From Candidatus Poribacteria bacterium (GTDB lineage: Bacteria > Poribacteria > WGA-4E > WGA-3G): DNA of 64,000 nt. This document shows, in pieces, positions 1-10,887 of the stretch. The notes under the pieces were generated by a model. It did no database searches, had not been told where the DNA came from, and was given only the letters and a program-made list of their open reading frames with translations. The first letter of the stretch is position 1. The number at the start of each line of letters is the position of its first letter. The DNA is taken from contig OZ243938.1 in assembly GCA_965214095.1 (NCBI GenBank), forward strand, positions 256,001-320,000, read 5' to 3'. A program made the translations under genes and the position numbers.

Positions 1-942
1 AGCCATATAATCTTGGACAAATTCCTGCACATCTTCATCCTGAGTAGCAACAGAAAAATTGGTCGGATAATAACTACCATCCAAAACCATATTATCCTCT
101 AAAATACCGAGGAATCGTTCTCTGTCATCCCAAGCACTACCACCGAGAAATGTGGCGTTGAGTCCGAGTTGACTCGCCTCATTAATCAACTTTGGCACTT
201 CTGGTTGGGAACCTGGACAAAAGATGACATCTGGCATTTCACTTTGTATATCAGCAAGTAGTTCAGTAAACGAAGTTTCATCTGTTGCATAAGAACCGCT
301 GTGAACGATTTGTCCACCAATTTCCGCAAATGCTGCCTCGAAGGCTTGAACGAGATCAATAGAATAATTGTCACCTTCTTCATAGATTGTTGCTGCAGTT
401 TGTGCACCAATTTCTTCAGAATTTATAGCAAAACTTGCCATGACTTTCCCTTGAAATGGATTAGGTACAGTGATTAAAAAGACATAATCACCCGTTTCTG
501 GTACACTTGAACCACTGGATCCGGGCAACATGAGTCTTTGAGTTTGCTGTGCTATTGGACCTACTTCTACAGCCATCGTTGAGCGGACAGGTCCGAGAAG
601 TGCAAATACGTTCTCCATTTCAATCAGTTCTTTTGCGGCATTGATGCTTGATTCCGATGTTGGCTCTTCTCCTGCTACAGGTTGATTATTTCGTGATATG
701 AATTCGACCTGCATACCTAATACGCCGCCATTTTCATTAATCTGGATACGAGCAGTTTCCGCACCTTGACTAAATGTGGTATAACTATGAGCAGGCTGGA
801 TGACTCCAATTTTTACGGGGGTTTCCATCGTAGGAGTGGTATTGTCTGAGATTACTTTATTAACTCTTTCACATCCAAATAATGCTACACTTAGCACTGC
901 CAATAGTATGACCAAAATCAAGTTTTTCTTTATTGTATTCAT
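1..942 (-). CDS. Branched-chain amino acid ABC substrate-binding lipoprotein (LivJ/LivK-like), 3' end outside window
   Basis: Not in the ORF track because it is open to the window edge. Manual translation gives MNTIKKNLILVILLAVLSVALFGC (lipobox), then KIGVIQP, INENGGVLGMQVEF, ALLGPVRS and DYVFLITVPNPFQG. RBS AGAAAGGA upstream. Confidence 0.85.
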   Translation of the reverse strand, partial: MNTIKKNLILVILLAVLSVALFGCERVNKVISDNTTPTMETPVKIGVIQPAHSYTTFSQGAETARIQINENGGVLGMQVEFISRNNQPVAGEEPTSESSINAAKELIEMENVFALLGPVRSTMAVEVGPIAQQTQRLMLPGSSGSSVPETGDYVFLITVPNPFQGKVMASFAINSEEIGAQTAATIYEEGDNYSIDLVQAFEAAFAEIGGQIVHSGSYATDETSFTELLADIQSEMPDVIFCPGSQPEVPKLINEASQLGLNATFLGGSAWDDRERFLGILEDNMVLDGSYYPTNFSVATQDEDVQEFVQDYMA

Positions 943-1183
943 TTTGCAAAAATCCTTTCTGGGTAAAATGCTTGAAAAAAAGTGAGGTTAATGCTAACGT
1001 TTGAACAGAGTTATTTCTATCTGTAAACAATATCAGATTCCACTGAACTTGTCAAGAACTTGAAAGCACGTAAACATATTGTCATCACACTGTTAATTGT
1101 GTCAATAGACCTATTCTGCAATATATAACATTTTAAAAGCATATCACTACTCCACACATTTATGGCAATAAAGGAGTTTATCT

Positions 1184-2242
1184 ATGGAACTCGGTTTTTT
1201 CACAATGCCACTACATCCACCTGGAAGCAATACCACAAAGACATTGGACGATGACCTTGAACAGATGGTGACCTTAGATAGATTGGGTTATAGCGAGGCT
1301 TATGTAGGAGAACATTTTACGTTTACTTGGGAAAATATTCCATCGCCTGATCTCTTCATTGCAAAAGCACTTGCTATGACAGAGAATATTATATTTGGCA
1401 CGGGTATAACGTGTATGCCGATTCATAATCCTGCAGTTGTTGCACACCGAATTGCCCAGTTGGACCACATGGCACACGGACGTTTCCATTGGGGTGTTGG
1501 CTCAAGTTCAACGCCAAGCGATGCAGAAATGTTCATGGCATCTGCAGATAGACGGAAAGCGACACGCGAAGGTATTGATGCTGTTTTGAAACTATGGACA
1601 GATCCGGAACCGGGTCATTATAAAACCGATTCGTTTGAGTTTAAAATTCCTGGTGGACATCCAGATATTGTAAGTATTCACATGAAGCCGTATCAGAAAC
1701 CACATCCACCTATTGCATTGGCAGGTTCTTCAACCAAGTCGGACACGTTAATATTTGCTGGTGAACGTGGATGGATTCCTATGAGTATCAATCTTGCGCC
1801 AGTATCCGTGATTAAGACGCATTGGGATGCGGTAGAAGAAGGTGCTGCAAAGACTGGTCTGACTCCATCTCGGTCAACGTGGCGAATCGCACGTGAAGTT
1901 TATGTTGCTGATACGAATGAGCAAGCGAGAAAAGAGGCGATAGAAGGCACTCTCGGACGTGATTTTCGTGATTATTGGTTTCGACTTTGGGGTTGGGAGA
2001 AATTCAAAATGAAACCGGATATTCCCGACGTAGAATCATGTTTAGAAGGTCTGTTGGATACTTTGTGGATTGTTGGGAGTCCTGACCATGTTGCTAATCG
2101 TTTGCGTCAACTTTATGATGATGTCGGTGGATTTGGTGTATTGTTGGCGATGGGACACGAATGGGAACCAAGAGAGCAATGGGTGCATTCTATGGAACTG
2201 CTTAAGAATGAAGTCATGCCGCAACTTACTGATTTAGAATAA
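1184..2242 (+). CDS. LLM-class (luciferase-like) flavin-dependent monooxygenase
   Basis: MELGFFTMPLHPP, AYVGEHFT, LDHMAHGRFHWGVG, PYQKPHPPIA and IVGSPDHV motifs; RBS AAGGAG. Confidence 0.9.
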   Translation: MELGFFTMPLHPPGSNTTKTLDDDLEQMVTLDRLGYSEAYVGEHFTFTWENIPSPDLFIAKALAMTENIIFGTGITCMPIHNPAVVAHRIAQLDHMAHGRFHWGVGSSSTPSDAEMFMASADRRKATREGIDAVLKLWTDPEPGHYKTDSFEFKIPGGHPDIVSIHMKPYQKPHPPIALAGSSTKSDTLIFAGERGWIPMSINLAPVSVIKTHWDAVEEGAAKTGLTPSRSTWRIAREVYVADTNEQARKEAIEGTLGRDFRDYWFRLWGWEKFKMKPDIPDVESCLEGLLDTLWIVGSPDHVANRLRQLYDDVGGFGVLLAMGHEWEPREQWVHSMELLKNEVMPQLTDLE

Positions 2243-2280
2243 TACCAACTCTGAAAGTTAAAGTTGCATTAGGAATTTCA

Positions 2281-3045
2281 TTAATCGTCAAAAAACATTT
2301 CTAACTTAGCCCGTGCGTTTAAGACACCCTTTACAATCGGTTGGGGTGACTCCACCTTGAGTCCTAAATAAATCAACATAATCTCCCGCTCGTAACCTAT
2401 TCTTTGAATCTCCTTACAGATAGCATGAAAATCCATTTCTGGTGCCCAGAACGGCTCGCTTCCAGTCTCCGAATCGACACCGCAGTTGAAATAGACGTTA
2501 TTTAACCGTTCTGACAAAGTTCTTAGTGCAATCACAGGATCATCTCCTGCCAAATGAAAATGAAATGGACTGTAGTAAAATCCAAAATTATCTTCAGATA
2601 TTGCATCAAAGATTTGCTGTGTGCGTTCAAGGTTGAACGCGAGACTCCCTTCATGTGCATATAACGAGAGCATCAAATTACGAGATTTCGCTTCTATTGT
2701 GAGTGTTCTAAGCAGATCAATTATCTTATCAATCTCATTATCAGTGGCATCTTCCGTTCCACCACTTGCGACGCTAACTATTGGAACAGACAATCTTTTT
2801 GCAATGTCAAGAATAGAGATTTGAGATTCAAATCCATCGACCGCGTCAATCTTAACTGTACTCAGTAAAGATTTGAAATATAACCCAGTCTCTTCTTGGA
2901 GTGTACCGATTGTTTCTGCTTCAACATCTGAGAAATGGGTTTGTGAGAGTTCAATTGCAGATACACCGCCCTCGGATAATTCACCTACAAACTCTGTTAA
3001 TGGATATGGGGAGAATGGTAATGTGCTTGCACAGTAAGTTCTCAT
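2281..3045 (-). CDS. Sugar phosphate isomerase/epimerase family TIM-barrel protein (divergent)
   Basis: 254 aa with the xylose-isomerase-like/AP-endonuclease-2 layout (AIEL, FHFHLAGDDP, IGYEREI). The metal ligands look degenerate. Confidence 0.65.
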   Translation of the reverse strand: MRTYCASTLPFSPYPLTEFVGELSEGGVSAIELSQTHFSDVEAETIGTLQEETGLYFKSLLSTVKIDAVDGFESQISILDIAKRLSVPIVSVASGGTEDATDNEIDKIIDLLRTLTIEAKSRNLMLSLYAHEGSLAFNLERTQQIFDAISEDNFGFYYSPFHFHLAGDDPVIALRTLSERLNNVYFNCGVDSETGSEPFWAPEMDFHAICKEIQRIGYEREIMLIYLGLKVESPQPIVKGVLNARAKLEMFFDD

Positions 3046-3105
3046 AGTATATATCTGTTTTGATCTAACTTCAAATTGAGAATCATTAAAATTGAGTATT
3101 AGCGC

Positions 3106-3232
3106 GCTTAGATGAAGATTAAGAAATAAATTGGGTAATTTCCTTGAGGTGTCCGGTGCGGTTAGGAAACCGCACCTACCGGGTTTGGGAAAATGAGAAT
3201 TACCCGTTTAATAAATTAATCTTCATGAAAGC
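3106..3232. mobile_element. MITE-like element A: 17-bp TIRs enclosing one GTAG-type REP hairpin
   Basis: GCTTAGATGAAGATTAA (3106-3122) and TTAATCTTCATGAAAGC (3216-3232) match at 15/17. Inner GGGTAATT/AATTACCC arms. Central REP GGTGCGGTTAGGAAACCGCACCTAC (3155-3179) reads GTAGGTGCGGTTTCCTAACCGCACC on the minus strand. Confidence 0.75.
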
Positions 3233-3276
3233 AAGCCTGATTAATGTATCAAAGAATTTGTAAGGAGTATCTTAGT

Positions 3277-4053
3277 CTACTTACCCATTTCCTTGAGTGC
3301 TTTCAAACAACGTTCTACTGCTTCTAAAGGTGGAAATGCATCACTTTCATATTCCACAATATACCATTCTGTGCCACCGGTGGTTTCGCAGATATTAAAG
3401 ATTTCAGTCCAAGGAACACTGTCTTCTCCAATAATGGGACGAAAACCAGCGTGTCTCTCAGATTCATCATCTGAGATTGTATAAGGTTTGAGATGGACAG
3501 TGCCAGAACGTCCTGGATATCTTTCCAAAATGTCCACGAGATCAGCACCACCTGACATTGCATTTCCCATATCCAGCTGCATCACAACACCTTCATTTGT
3601 GTTTCCAAAGAAGGTATCCCATTGGACTTCACCATCCATCGGTGAAAATTCTACGTGATGGTTATGGTATCCAGTAACCATTCCGTGTGGTGCCAGCTTA
3701 TCTGCGAGGTCATTAAAAAAATCTGCTAATTTTAACCAATCCGCGCGGGATTGACGTAGTTCACCCGGTATTCCTGGAATAATGACATACCTATTCTCAA
3801 GTATTTTATTGAATTCAATCGTGTCTGCAAGTGAGTCTTCTTGTACAAGGTTGAATGGTGTATGCCATCCACAGCAGACTATTCCGAATTCGTCAAGGTA
3901 ACCTTTCAACTCCTCTGCAGGATGTTGTGGGGGACCAGCGAATTCTACACCTTCATATCCCATTTCTGCGACAGCTTTAATCGTGCCGCGTGCATCATCA
4001 GCTAACTCATTTCGGACTGAAAATAGTTCTAAACCAATTGGTACTCGTGCCAT
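3277..4053 (-). CDS. Sugar phosphate isomerase/epimerase (IolE-like TIM barrel)
   Basis: GLELFSVR, GYEGVEFAG, GYHNHHVEF, QLDMG, VHLK and YIVEYE motifs. Confidence 0.88.
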   Translation of the reverse strand: MARVPIGLELFSVRNELADDARGTIKAVAEMGYEGVEFAGPPQHPAEELKGYLDEFGIVCCGWHTPFNLVQEDSLADTIEFNKILENRYVIIPGIPGELRQSRADWLKLADFFNDLADKLAPHGMVTGYHNHHVEFSPMDGEVQWDTFFGNTNEGVVMQLDMGNAMSGGADLVDILERYPGRSGTVHLKPYTISDDESERHAGFRPIIGEDSVPWTEIFNICETTGGTEWYIVEYESDAFPPLEAVERCLKALKEMGK

Positions 4054-4148
4054 AATGTTCCTTTCTTGTTATTGTAGAGATGTATTATCTCTGCTTATTT
4101 TTTATTGACTACTATAGAAAATGTACAAACCTTCACTTATTTTGTCAA

Positions 4149-5573
4149 TCATCGGGCATTGTAATTCGGTTCAAGAGGACAGATCTTGTGGTGCTGAATG
4201 AGTGCAATCCTTGCTAAACCGTGAATTAAAAACGCCGGACACAACTGTGATTCATACCAGTCAATTCCCGATGCACCGAACGGTAGGTTCTCTTTAAAAT
4301 ATACTTCTAATGCAGTTTCAGCAAGTTTGATCCCACCTTCTAACCAGATTGACTCTTCTGTGATGTCATATAGATCAGCAAAGAGTTCAAGTGCTAACCC
4401 TATATCAGTCACTGGAATCTTAAAACCTTCACTGAGAACACGTTCAACAGGGAATTCCTCATCAAGATATGTATTACCAACTGCCTGCGCATAATCCATC
4501 AATCTGTGATCATGTGTCAACCGCCATGCACAGAGAGAAAGCACGCCACTTCCACATGAAGTTCCAGCACCATAGACGCTACCCCACGCCAACATTCTCT
4601 CAACAACCTGATTTGTTTCACATTGGCATAAACTCACAAACTCGCGAGTCTCAAGATTATGTGGAGCTGCAAGAAAACCTTCAATATAAACTCTCCCGTA
4701 TTGGCACATCTTGCTTGCTAAATTTGGAAGGTAAGATTCTAACAAGGCCGCAGATTCAATAAGACTAATTCCTAATGAAAGCGTTTGCGTTGGGGCATTT
4801 ATATTGAAAAACCTTTCATTTTCTAATGGTGAACGGCTTTCAATACACAATAAACCTTGTTCGTCTCGTTTCTCCCACCAGTATTCTGTATACTTCTGTA
4901 TCTGTTGTAGAGTTTCAGAACGTTGATTCTTGGTATACGCGAATGCTAAATCAAAGATGTAGAAGCCAGAATGTCGGGGAAAATCACATGAACGACCTCC
5001 GCGGATAAGATGTTCCTTCTTGTCAATGTTCGCATGACGTATGTATTCAAGCTCATCACCCTCTGTCCAATGATAATCCAGACCATCAGCAAAACTTTGG
5101 ACACATGAGGCGTTGAATGTGTTCAGTTTTTCCCACATCCACAATGGTACCTTGCGAAGATGATCGTGAATCGCTGAACCACCATCAGGATTGCGCGAAC
5201 ATCCTACACGTTCTTCAATCAAATGCCAAAACGAATGTTCTCCCCATGGGAATAGACCGGTCTCTGTCTGTGTGCAATTCAGTGCAAAGTACTCAAAATA
5301 TCGATCCACTGCATCCTTATATATTGATTTCGATTCAGTTTCTGAAAGGACATTCATCGTGGCAAGTAATGGTTCATCATGTATTAGATTGCATCCCAAA
5401 TGTGCACGATCACCATTTCGTTGACCTGGAATCTTTGAAGGCTTATCCAAAAGCATTCGACCTGATTTTGCATTCAGTATTGATGGGAATAGTCCATTGT
5501 ATTCAATACTGCATTCTATTATCAGATCAATTGCATTACATGTTTTAGTGATGATGACATCTGGAGTTATCAC
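4149..5573 (-). CDS. Hypothetical protein, probable (alpha/alpha) toroid glycoside hydrolase/lyase-like
   Basis: 474-aa helical ORF with GLFPWGEH and DFPRHSGFYI motifs. GTG start with GGAG RBS; lies among sugar-catabolic genes. Confidence 0.5.
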   Translation of the reverse strand: MITPDVIITKTCNAIDLIIECSIEYNGLFPSILNAKSGRMLLDKPSKIPGQRNGDRAHLGCNLIHDEPLLATMNVLSETESKSIYKDAVDRYFEYFALNCTQTETGLFPWGEHSFWHLIEERVGCSRNPDGGSAIHDHLRKVPLWMWEKLNTFNASCVQSFADGLDYHWTEGDELEYIRHANIDKKEHLIRGGRSCDFPRHSGFYIFDLAFAYTKNQRSETLQQIQKYTEYWWEKRDEQGLLCIESRSPLENERFFNINAPTQTLSLGISLIESAALLESYLPNLASKMCQYGRVYIEGFLAAPHNLETREFVSLCQCETNQVVERMLAWGSVYGAGTSCGSGVLSLCAWRLTHDHRLMDYAQAVGNTYLDEEFPVERVLSEGFKIPVTDIGLALELFADLYDITEESIWLEGGIKLAETALEVYFKENLPFGASGIDWYESQLCPAFLIHGLARIALIQHHKICPLEPNYNAR

Positions 5574-5701
5574 AAAATTCCTCCATCTATGATGATTGAA
5601 AATATGGTATCATGTATCTAATTTATGGTCAAGTTATGATTATTTTTCAATGACTTCACGCAAAACCATTTACACCCTGAATATTTGATATGGAGATAGT
5701 T

Positions 5702-6502
5702 ATGTACATTGGTCTTATGGAGGGAACGATTCGACGTGACACACTTGGAGAAACATTGGATGCTACGGTTGAATATGGAATTTACCATTTACAATACCAT
5801 ATTAACCCCGCGATATCTGTCAATGATGTACGTCAAGAAATGGATGAACGACAGTTACAGATTGTGGCACTCTCGGGGACATATAATATGATTGATCCTG
5901 ATATTCAAAAACGTGACGCTGGATTGCAAATGTTACGTTATGTCGCTTCCCAATGTGAATCCCTTGGAACATCTGTGATTACACTCTGCACTGGTTCTCG
6001 GGATCCGCATAGTATGTGGCGGGCACATCCTGATAATAACTCTGAGTCTGCTTGGCAAGACCTTGTGCAGTCCATGCAAAAGGCATTGAAAATTGCTGAA
6101 GAATTCAGTGTGACATTGGCATTTGAACCTGAGATATCTAATGTGATTGACTCCGCACAAAAGGCACGTCGTTTACTGGATGAGATGAGTTCTCCGTACC
6201 TAAAAGTTGTTATGGATGGTGCCAACATATTTCATAAAGGTGAGTTACCAAAGATGCGCGAAATTCTAGACGAAGCATTCGCATTACTTGGTGATGACAT
6301 TGCACTTGCCCATGCTAAGGACTTAGACCGAGATGGTCATGCAGGTAATCTTGCTGCAGGTACTGGTCTACTGGATTTCAATCAATATATCGGTTTGTTA
6401 AATGAAGTTGGTTATGACGGTGCTGTCGTGTTACACGGTTTGTCTGAAGAACAAGTCCCATTTTGTGTTAACTTCCTACAAGGGAAAATTGATGCGTTGT
6501 AA
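5702..6502 (+). CDS. Sugar phosphate isomerase/epimerase
   Basis: LAFEPE, VVMDGAN, LAHAKD and GYDGAVVLHG motifs. Start placed at the ATG after GGAG. Confidence 0.85.
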   Translation: MYIGLMEGTIRRDTLGETLDATVEYGIYHLQYHINPAISVNDVRQEMDERQLQIVALSGTYNMIDPDIQKRDAGLQMLRYVASQCESLGTSVITLCTGSRDPHSMWRAHPDNNSESAWQDLVQSMQKALKIAEEFSVTLAFEPEISNVIDSAQKARRLLDEMSSPYLKVVMDGANIFHKGELPKMREILDEAFALLGDDIALAHAKDLDRDGHAGNLAAGTGLLDFNQYIGLLNEVGYDGAVVLHGLSEEQVPFCVNFLQGKIDAL

Positions 6503-6516
6503 TAGGTGGACTATTA

Positions 6517-8157
6517 TTACACAGTTTCAGACATCCGTTCAGCTAACCGGGCGAGGGCAGGGGATCTGTCCAATTTCTCAAGTTCAATCTCTATTAGCGT
6601 GAAGTGTTGGGTTTCGTTTAGTGCAGTTTTCATAGCATCATCAAATTCACCCTCGGTATGAACATGAAACCCGCGGCCTGAACCAAAAAGTGATGTAATG
6701 CTGCTATAGTTCCAACATCCAATATCGTTGAATTCTCCTTCCAAGAGATGTCTTTCTGTTCCATAGCCGTGATTGTTTAGCAGAAGAACGATTGGGTTTA
6801 ATCCGTAGCGAACGACAGTTGAGAGTTCTGTGCCTGTCATTTGAAATGCACCATCTCCGACGATGACGAGTGGACGTGAATTCGGTGTGCCGAGTTGTGC
6901 GCCGACAGATGCGGGAACAGCAAATCCCATTGATGTGTAGTATGCGGGACTAAGGAAATTCGTATGTTGTTGTATTCGCAATTCAGCTGCACCGAATAGG
7001 CTATCCCCAACATCTGCTATCACAGTAATTTCATCAGTAATGAATTCGTTGAGATGTTGAAATAGACGTTCAACTGTCAATTGTGCTTTTGGATTAACTT
7101 CAAAAGGTGTTGTCTCAGTGGTTGCCCAATCTAAGTTCGGTTTTCTTCGCCGACGGAGTTTCGATGCATTGATACCATCTATAAAATCTACAAACAGGAC
7201 ATTTTCATAGGTATGGAATCCGACATTAATTTTTTCTGATGTAGCATAGATTGAACGTGAACGGTCAAGGTTTGCAGTGTATATTCCAAGGTTCACATCA
7301 GTCATGAACGCACCGAGAATGATGACACAATCTGAACTCTCAACAAACTCCCTTATCTCCTCTCTACCCATTGCTCCCTCATAAATTCCTAAGTAAAGAG
7401 GATGTGATTCTGGAATAACTGATTTACCAAGTAACGTGGCAACCACAGGTATTCGCTTTTCCTCAACGAGTTTGAGTAATTTGTCCTGAAAACCGAATCT
7501 ATGTAATTCTACGCCTGCAAGAATAACAGGATTCTTGCTCTGATTTATAAAGGTGATTGCATCTTCAATAGCAGCATTTAATGTATCAGGGTCACTTAAA
7601 TGGTTTCCGTCTGATGGACTTTTATAGTGGGTGCCACGAACATCTACCATATCTCGTGGGAGTTCAATGTATCCTGGACGTTTATAATGATAAACAGCAT
7701 CTAATACACGGTCAATCTCGTTGAATGCAGTGAAAGGATCATCAAGGAGTGCTGTTGCAACGGTAATCTCGTCAAATATTCGTTGCTGCGTATGGAAATC
7801 TCTGACTTTATGGTGAAGGAGTGCATCTTTGTCACGTTCTTTGATACCCGGTGCACCGCTAATCACAACAACAGGCGATTTTTCTGCATAAGCACCCGCG
7901 ATAGCGTTTACTGTTGATAATCCACCAACACAGTAAGTAATACAGACTGCTCCCATACCTTTTGTGCGTGCGTAGGCATCTGCTGCATAACCTGCGGCAT
8001 CTTCGCGGGTCATACCGATGTGTTGTATATCGCTTTCCTCAATGAGTTTGTAGAATCGGAGTACATAATCCCCGGGAATGCCGAAGATGTGTTTTATGTC
8101 GTAACTTTTGAGTTTCTTGAGTAGGTATTCACCAATGGATGTTGGGATGTTACGCAT
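6517..8157 (-). CDS. ThDP-dependent alpha-keto acid decarboxylase (indolepyruvate/pyruvate decarboxylase family)
   Basis: FGIPGDY, AGYAADAYAR, LLHH and the GDGAFQMTG...NNHGYGTER ThDP-binding motif. Confidence 0.92.
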   Translation of the reverse strand: MRNIPTSIGEYLLKKLKSYDIKHIFGIPGDYVLRFYKLIEESDIQHIGMTREDAAGYAADAYARTKGMGAVCITYCVGGLSTVNAIAGAYAEKSPVVVISGAPGIKERDKDALLHHKVRDFHTQQRIFDEITVATALLDDPFTAFNEIDRVLDAVYHYKRPGYIELPRDMVDVRGTHYKSPSDGNHLSDPDTLNAAIEDAITFINQSKNPVILAGVELHRFGFQDKLLKLVEEKRIPVVATLLGKSVIPESHPLYLGIYEGAMGREEIREFVESSDCVIILGAFMTDVNLGIYTANLDRSRSIYATSEKINVGFHTYENVLFVDFIDGINASKLRRRRKPNLDWATTETTPFEVNPKAQLTVERLFQHLNEFITDEITVIADVGDSLFGAAELRIQQHTNFLSPAYYTSMGFAVPASVGAQLGTPNSRPLVIVGDGAFQMTGTELSTVVRYGLNPIVLLLNNHGYGTERHLLEGEFNDIGCWNYSSITSLFGSGRGFHVHTEGEFDDAMKTALNETQHFTLIEIELEKLDRSPALARLAERMSETV

Positions 8158-8233
8158 GGTGGCACCTCGTTTTAACGAGGAAAAAGTTGATAGTTAAGCA
8201 CATCAATGTTCTCAAAGTTAGTTTCTGGTTACA

Positions 8234-8683
8234 TCAAAACTGTTTATCACTATCTAATAGAATAGTAACAGGTCCGTCATTTATGAGTTGAACATCCATC
8301 ATGGCTTGGAAAGTGCCACCTACTGTTGGAATGTTCAACTCTTTTAGTAGAGAGATAAACTGTTCATATAAAGCATTGGCAACTTCAGGTCGTGCAGCAC
8401 CAATAAAACTTGGCCGTCTCCCCTTCCGACAATCTCCATAGAGTGTGAATTGAGATACGACCAGTGCTGAACCACCTGTATCAAGCAAGGAAAGGTTCAT
8501 TTTGCCATCTGAATCTTCAAAAATACGCAAATTAGCAACTTTGTTGGCAATATATTGTAATTCAGTTTCAGTGTCGTTATGGGCAACGCCGAGGAATATC
8601 AGCAATCCTGTACCGATTTCCGACACAAGTTCGCCATCAACCTTCACACTTGCAGATTTGACGCGCTGGATAACTGCTCTCAT
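8234..8683 (-). CDS. dtd: D-aminoacyl-tRNA deacylase
   Basis: [13 protein letters not shown] and NDGPVT signature motifs. Confidence 0.97.
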   Translation of the reverse strand: MRAVIQRVKSASVKVDGELVSEIGTGLLIFLGVAHNDTETELQYIANKVANLRIFEDSDGKMNLSLLDTGGSALVVSQFTLYGDCRKGRRPSFIGAARPEVANALYEQFISLLKELNIPTVGGTFQAMMDVQLINDGPVTILLDSDKQF

Positions 8684-8733
8684 ATTAGATTGTTGTTAGT
8701 AAAAGCAAAGAAAGCAATCATAGACTCTACGAT

Positions 8734-9675
8734 CTAAAATAACAACTGAGTGCCTTCCATTTCCTTAGATCTTTCGCCACCAAGTGTGAGATTAAACTGG
8801 AAACCGGGATTGTTGTTTATTCCAATCTGAAATGCTAATGTACTGGAAACTTCATAACGGAATGCCAGACCCATCACGTTTGACACACTCACCCCAGAAT
8901 ATAATAGTTCACGAGAGTAATCTGCTGCAAACCACATATTATCTGCGATAGAGATTTCACCACCGCCGAAATAACTAAAATTAAATGAGTCTGACGTGCG
9001 GACAGATTTTGATGAAAGGAGTACTCCCGCCCCACCGTGTAATTTAATAGCTGCACCAACTCTCTGCGTGCCTACAAAATAAGTGTTTATACCGGCAAAT
9101 GGATATCCGTCAATTGGATCAGGATCAAGAAATTCGTCATTAGAATTAAGGCGATCATCAGCAGTATAACCGGAAAAGAATTCTGCACCAATAGAGATAC
9201 TTGGTAAACCATCATTTTTTTCAGGTTTGAGATTATATTTGAGTCCAATTAATCCTTCATTTAAGGGTTGGTCATATACACGGGCTGGATTGACATCTGC
9301 ATCAGCCGTATCGTAAAAATCATCAACCACTTTGTGGACATTTCCTACAGAGAGCGTAGCACCAAGATGAAGGTCAACTTGATTACTCAATCCATAAGTG
9401 AACCGGACAGGAATGAAGAAAGTTTCTATTTCAAGTGAAGCGTGTGTCTGTCGTTCAAATCCACCGATAAAGACAGTCTGTGTCTCTTCAGGTTCTAATG
9501 TCTGTTTTGAATACTGAAACAACCCGAAAGTTGTCATTGAACCACCTTTACCTAACGGTTCAGCGGTTTGTATGCTTGTCAGTTGTGAAACGGGTGGGGT
9601 TTGGGCATAGATTACTGTATTTAATGCAGTGAATAGAAATAATGCTAAAGTTGCAATTCGTTTTATATAGAACAT
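8734..9675 (-). CDS. Secreted protein, probable outer-membrane beta-barrel
   Basis: Signal peptide, then alternating amphipathic beta-strands (FTYGLS, GLKYNL, AFRYEV, FQFNLTLG). Confidence 0.55.
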   Translation of the reverse strand: MFYIKRIATLALFLFTALNTVIYAQTPPVSQLTSIQTAEPLGKGGSMTTFGLFQYSKQTLEPEETQTVFIGGFERQTHASLEIETFFIPVRFTYGLSNQVDLHLGATLSVGNVHKVVDDFYDTADADVNPARVYDQPLNEGLIGLKYNLKPEKNDGLPSISIGAEFFSGYTADDRLNSNDEFLDPDPIDGYPFAGINTYFVGTQRVGAAIKLHGGAGVLLSSKSVRTSDSFNFSYFGGGEISIADNMWFAADYSRELLYSGVSVSNVMGLAFRYEVSSTLAFQIGINNNPGFQFNLTLGGERSKEMEGTQLLF

Positions 9676-9710
9676 AATAATTCCTTTAATCTTATCTCAA
9701 ATTTTGTTTA

Positions 9711-10868
9711 TCAATATATTGCTTGTGCTTCCACTAAAATACTTTCGTCTCGTTCACCTTCAAGTGTTGGCGTGTCATCGAATGCAGAGATGAAGTAGAC
9801 TCTTAAGAAGAATTCACCGCCGATAACAATTGGGTCTTCACCAGAAAGTGTAACACTTGTTTCACCCGGTTTCAACAGTCGCCGTGGCACGTAATTTTCA
9901 TCTTTATCTATGGAATATATCTGATATCCCACGAGGTCATTCTCTTTGTTGTTGTCATCCCATGTCATTAACACATCATATTTATTATTAAATAATGATC
10001 GACCAAAATAACTTGCTCGAAAATTTTCTGGAGGTGCAGGAGGCAGATTCGGTGAAGTAGCAGTAATTTCTGTAATTCCTTCAACACCAAATTCATCCAC
10101 TGCAGCTATACGGTAAACTTTGGTAATATTATCGTGACGAAAACTTCCATCAACATAGAAGCTTTGTTCTCGTGTGAGTTCAATTGCTTCTCTAAATTTT
10201 AATGGAACATCAACACCTTCATAAAATGCTATATATATTCGAAATGAATCAAAATCGTTAGGAAAAGGATAGTTTTCCCAAAATAGATTGACTCTGAGAT
10301 CAGCAGGTTCTCCGAGTGTTACAACTGGCTGTGGTGGGGCTATGCTTGGCGTTACAATTACTGTCGGCCATACACGAATTGGGTCTGCAGATACGTCTGG
10401 TGGATTTTCTGGATTTGGTGTTTCAACGTCATTTATATCAACATAGGAAATTCTATATTCATAAGCTACATTTGTTCCATCTGCAGCTTTACGATCATTT
10501 TCTATATTTTGGTTATCCACAAATTCACTTTCTGTTGCATCCACAGTACCGATTAACTCAAAAGGTTCATCTGATTTGTTATCTGTACGACGGTAGATTT
10601 TGTACGATTTTACACCTTCAGATTCTATCTTATTCCAAGTTATTCGCACCTCTCTGTCACCTGGAAATAACGTCAATCCATCAGGTGATCCAGAGGTCCG
10701 CAAGTTTTCTGAGTCCAGTGGATTGGCATAATCCTCAGTATTTGTGCATGCCCCTATCATCGTTATTATTAAGAACAAAGGTAATAGGAACAGGATTGTT
10801 TTTATTTGATATGAAAAATTAGATTGAGTTCTATTTAAACAACACAATGAAAACATTTTTTCCTCCAC
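9711..10868 (-). CDS. Lipoprotein with fibronectin type III-like domains
   Basis: Lipobox IGAC followed by NPLD. Three FN3-like units (VRITW...YKIYRR, LFWE...YRIAAVD, MTWD...GYQIY). Confidence 0.7.
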   Translation of the reverse strand: MEEKMFSLCCLNRTQSNFSYQIKTILFLLPLFLIITMIGACTNTEDYANPLDSENLRTSGSPDGLTLFPGDREVRITWNKIESEGVKSYKIYRRTDNKSDEPFELIGTVDATESEFVDNQNIENDRKAADGTNVAYEYRISYVDINDVETPNPENPPDVSADPIRVWPTVIVTPSIAPPQPVVTLGEPADLRVNLFWENYPFPNDFDSFRIYIAFYEGVDVPLKFREAIELTREQSFYVDGSFRHDNITKVYRIAAVDEFGVEGITEITATSPNLPPAPPENFRASYFGRSLFNNKYDVLMTWDDNNKENDLVGYQIYSIDKDENYVPRRLLKPGETSVTLSGEDPIVIGGEFFLRVYFISAFDDTPTLEGERDESILVEAQAIY

Positions 10869-10887
10869 AGATTATTTGTCTTGTGAA

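Noticed and set aside
186-985. Short ORFs 186-410 and 800-985, and the many antisense or nested ORFs in the track
   Set aside because: They are shadows of longer, motif-supported genes; here the real gene is the partial LivJ-like CDS at 1-942.
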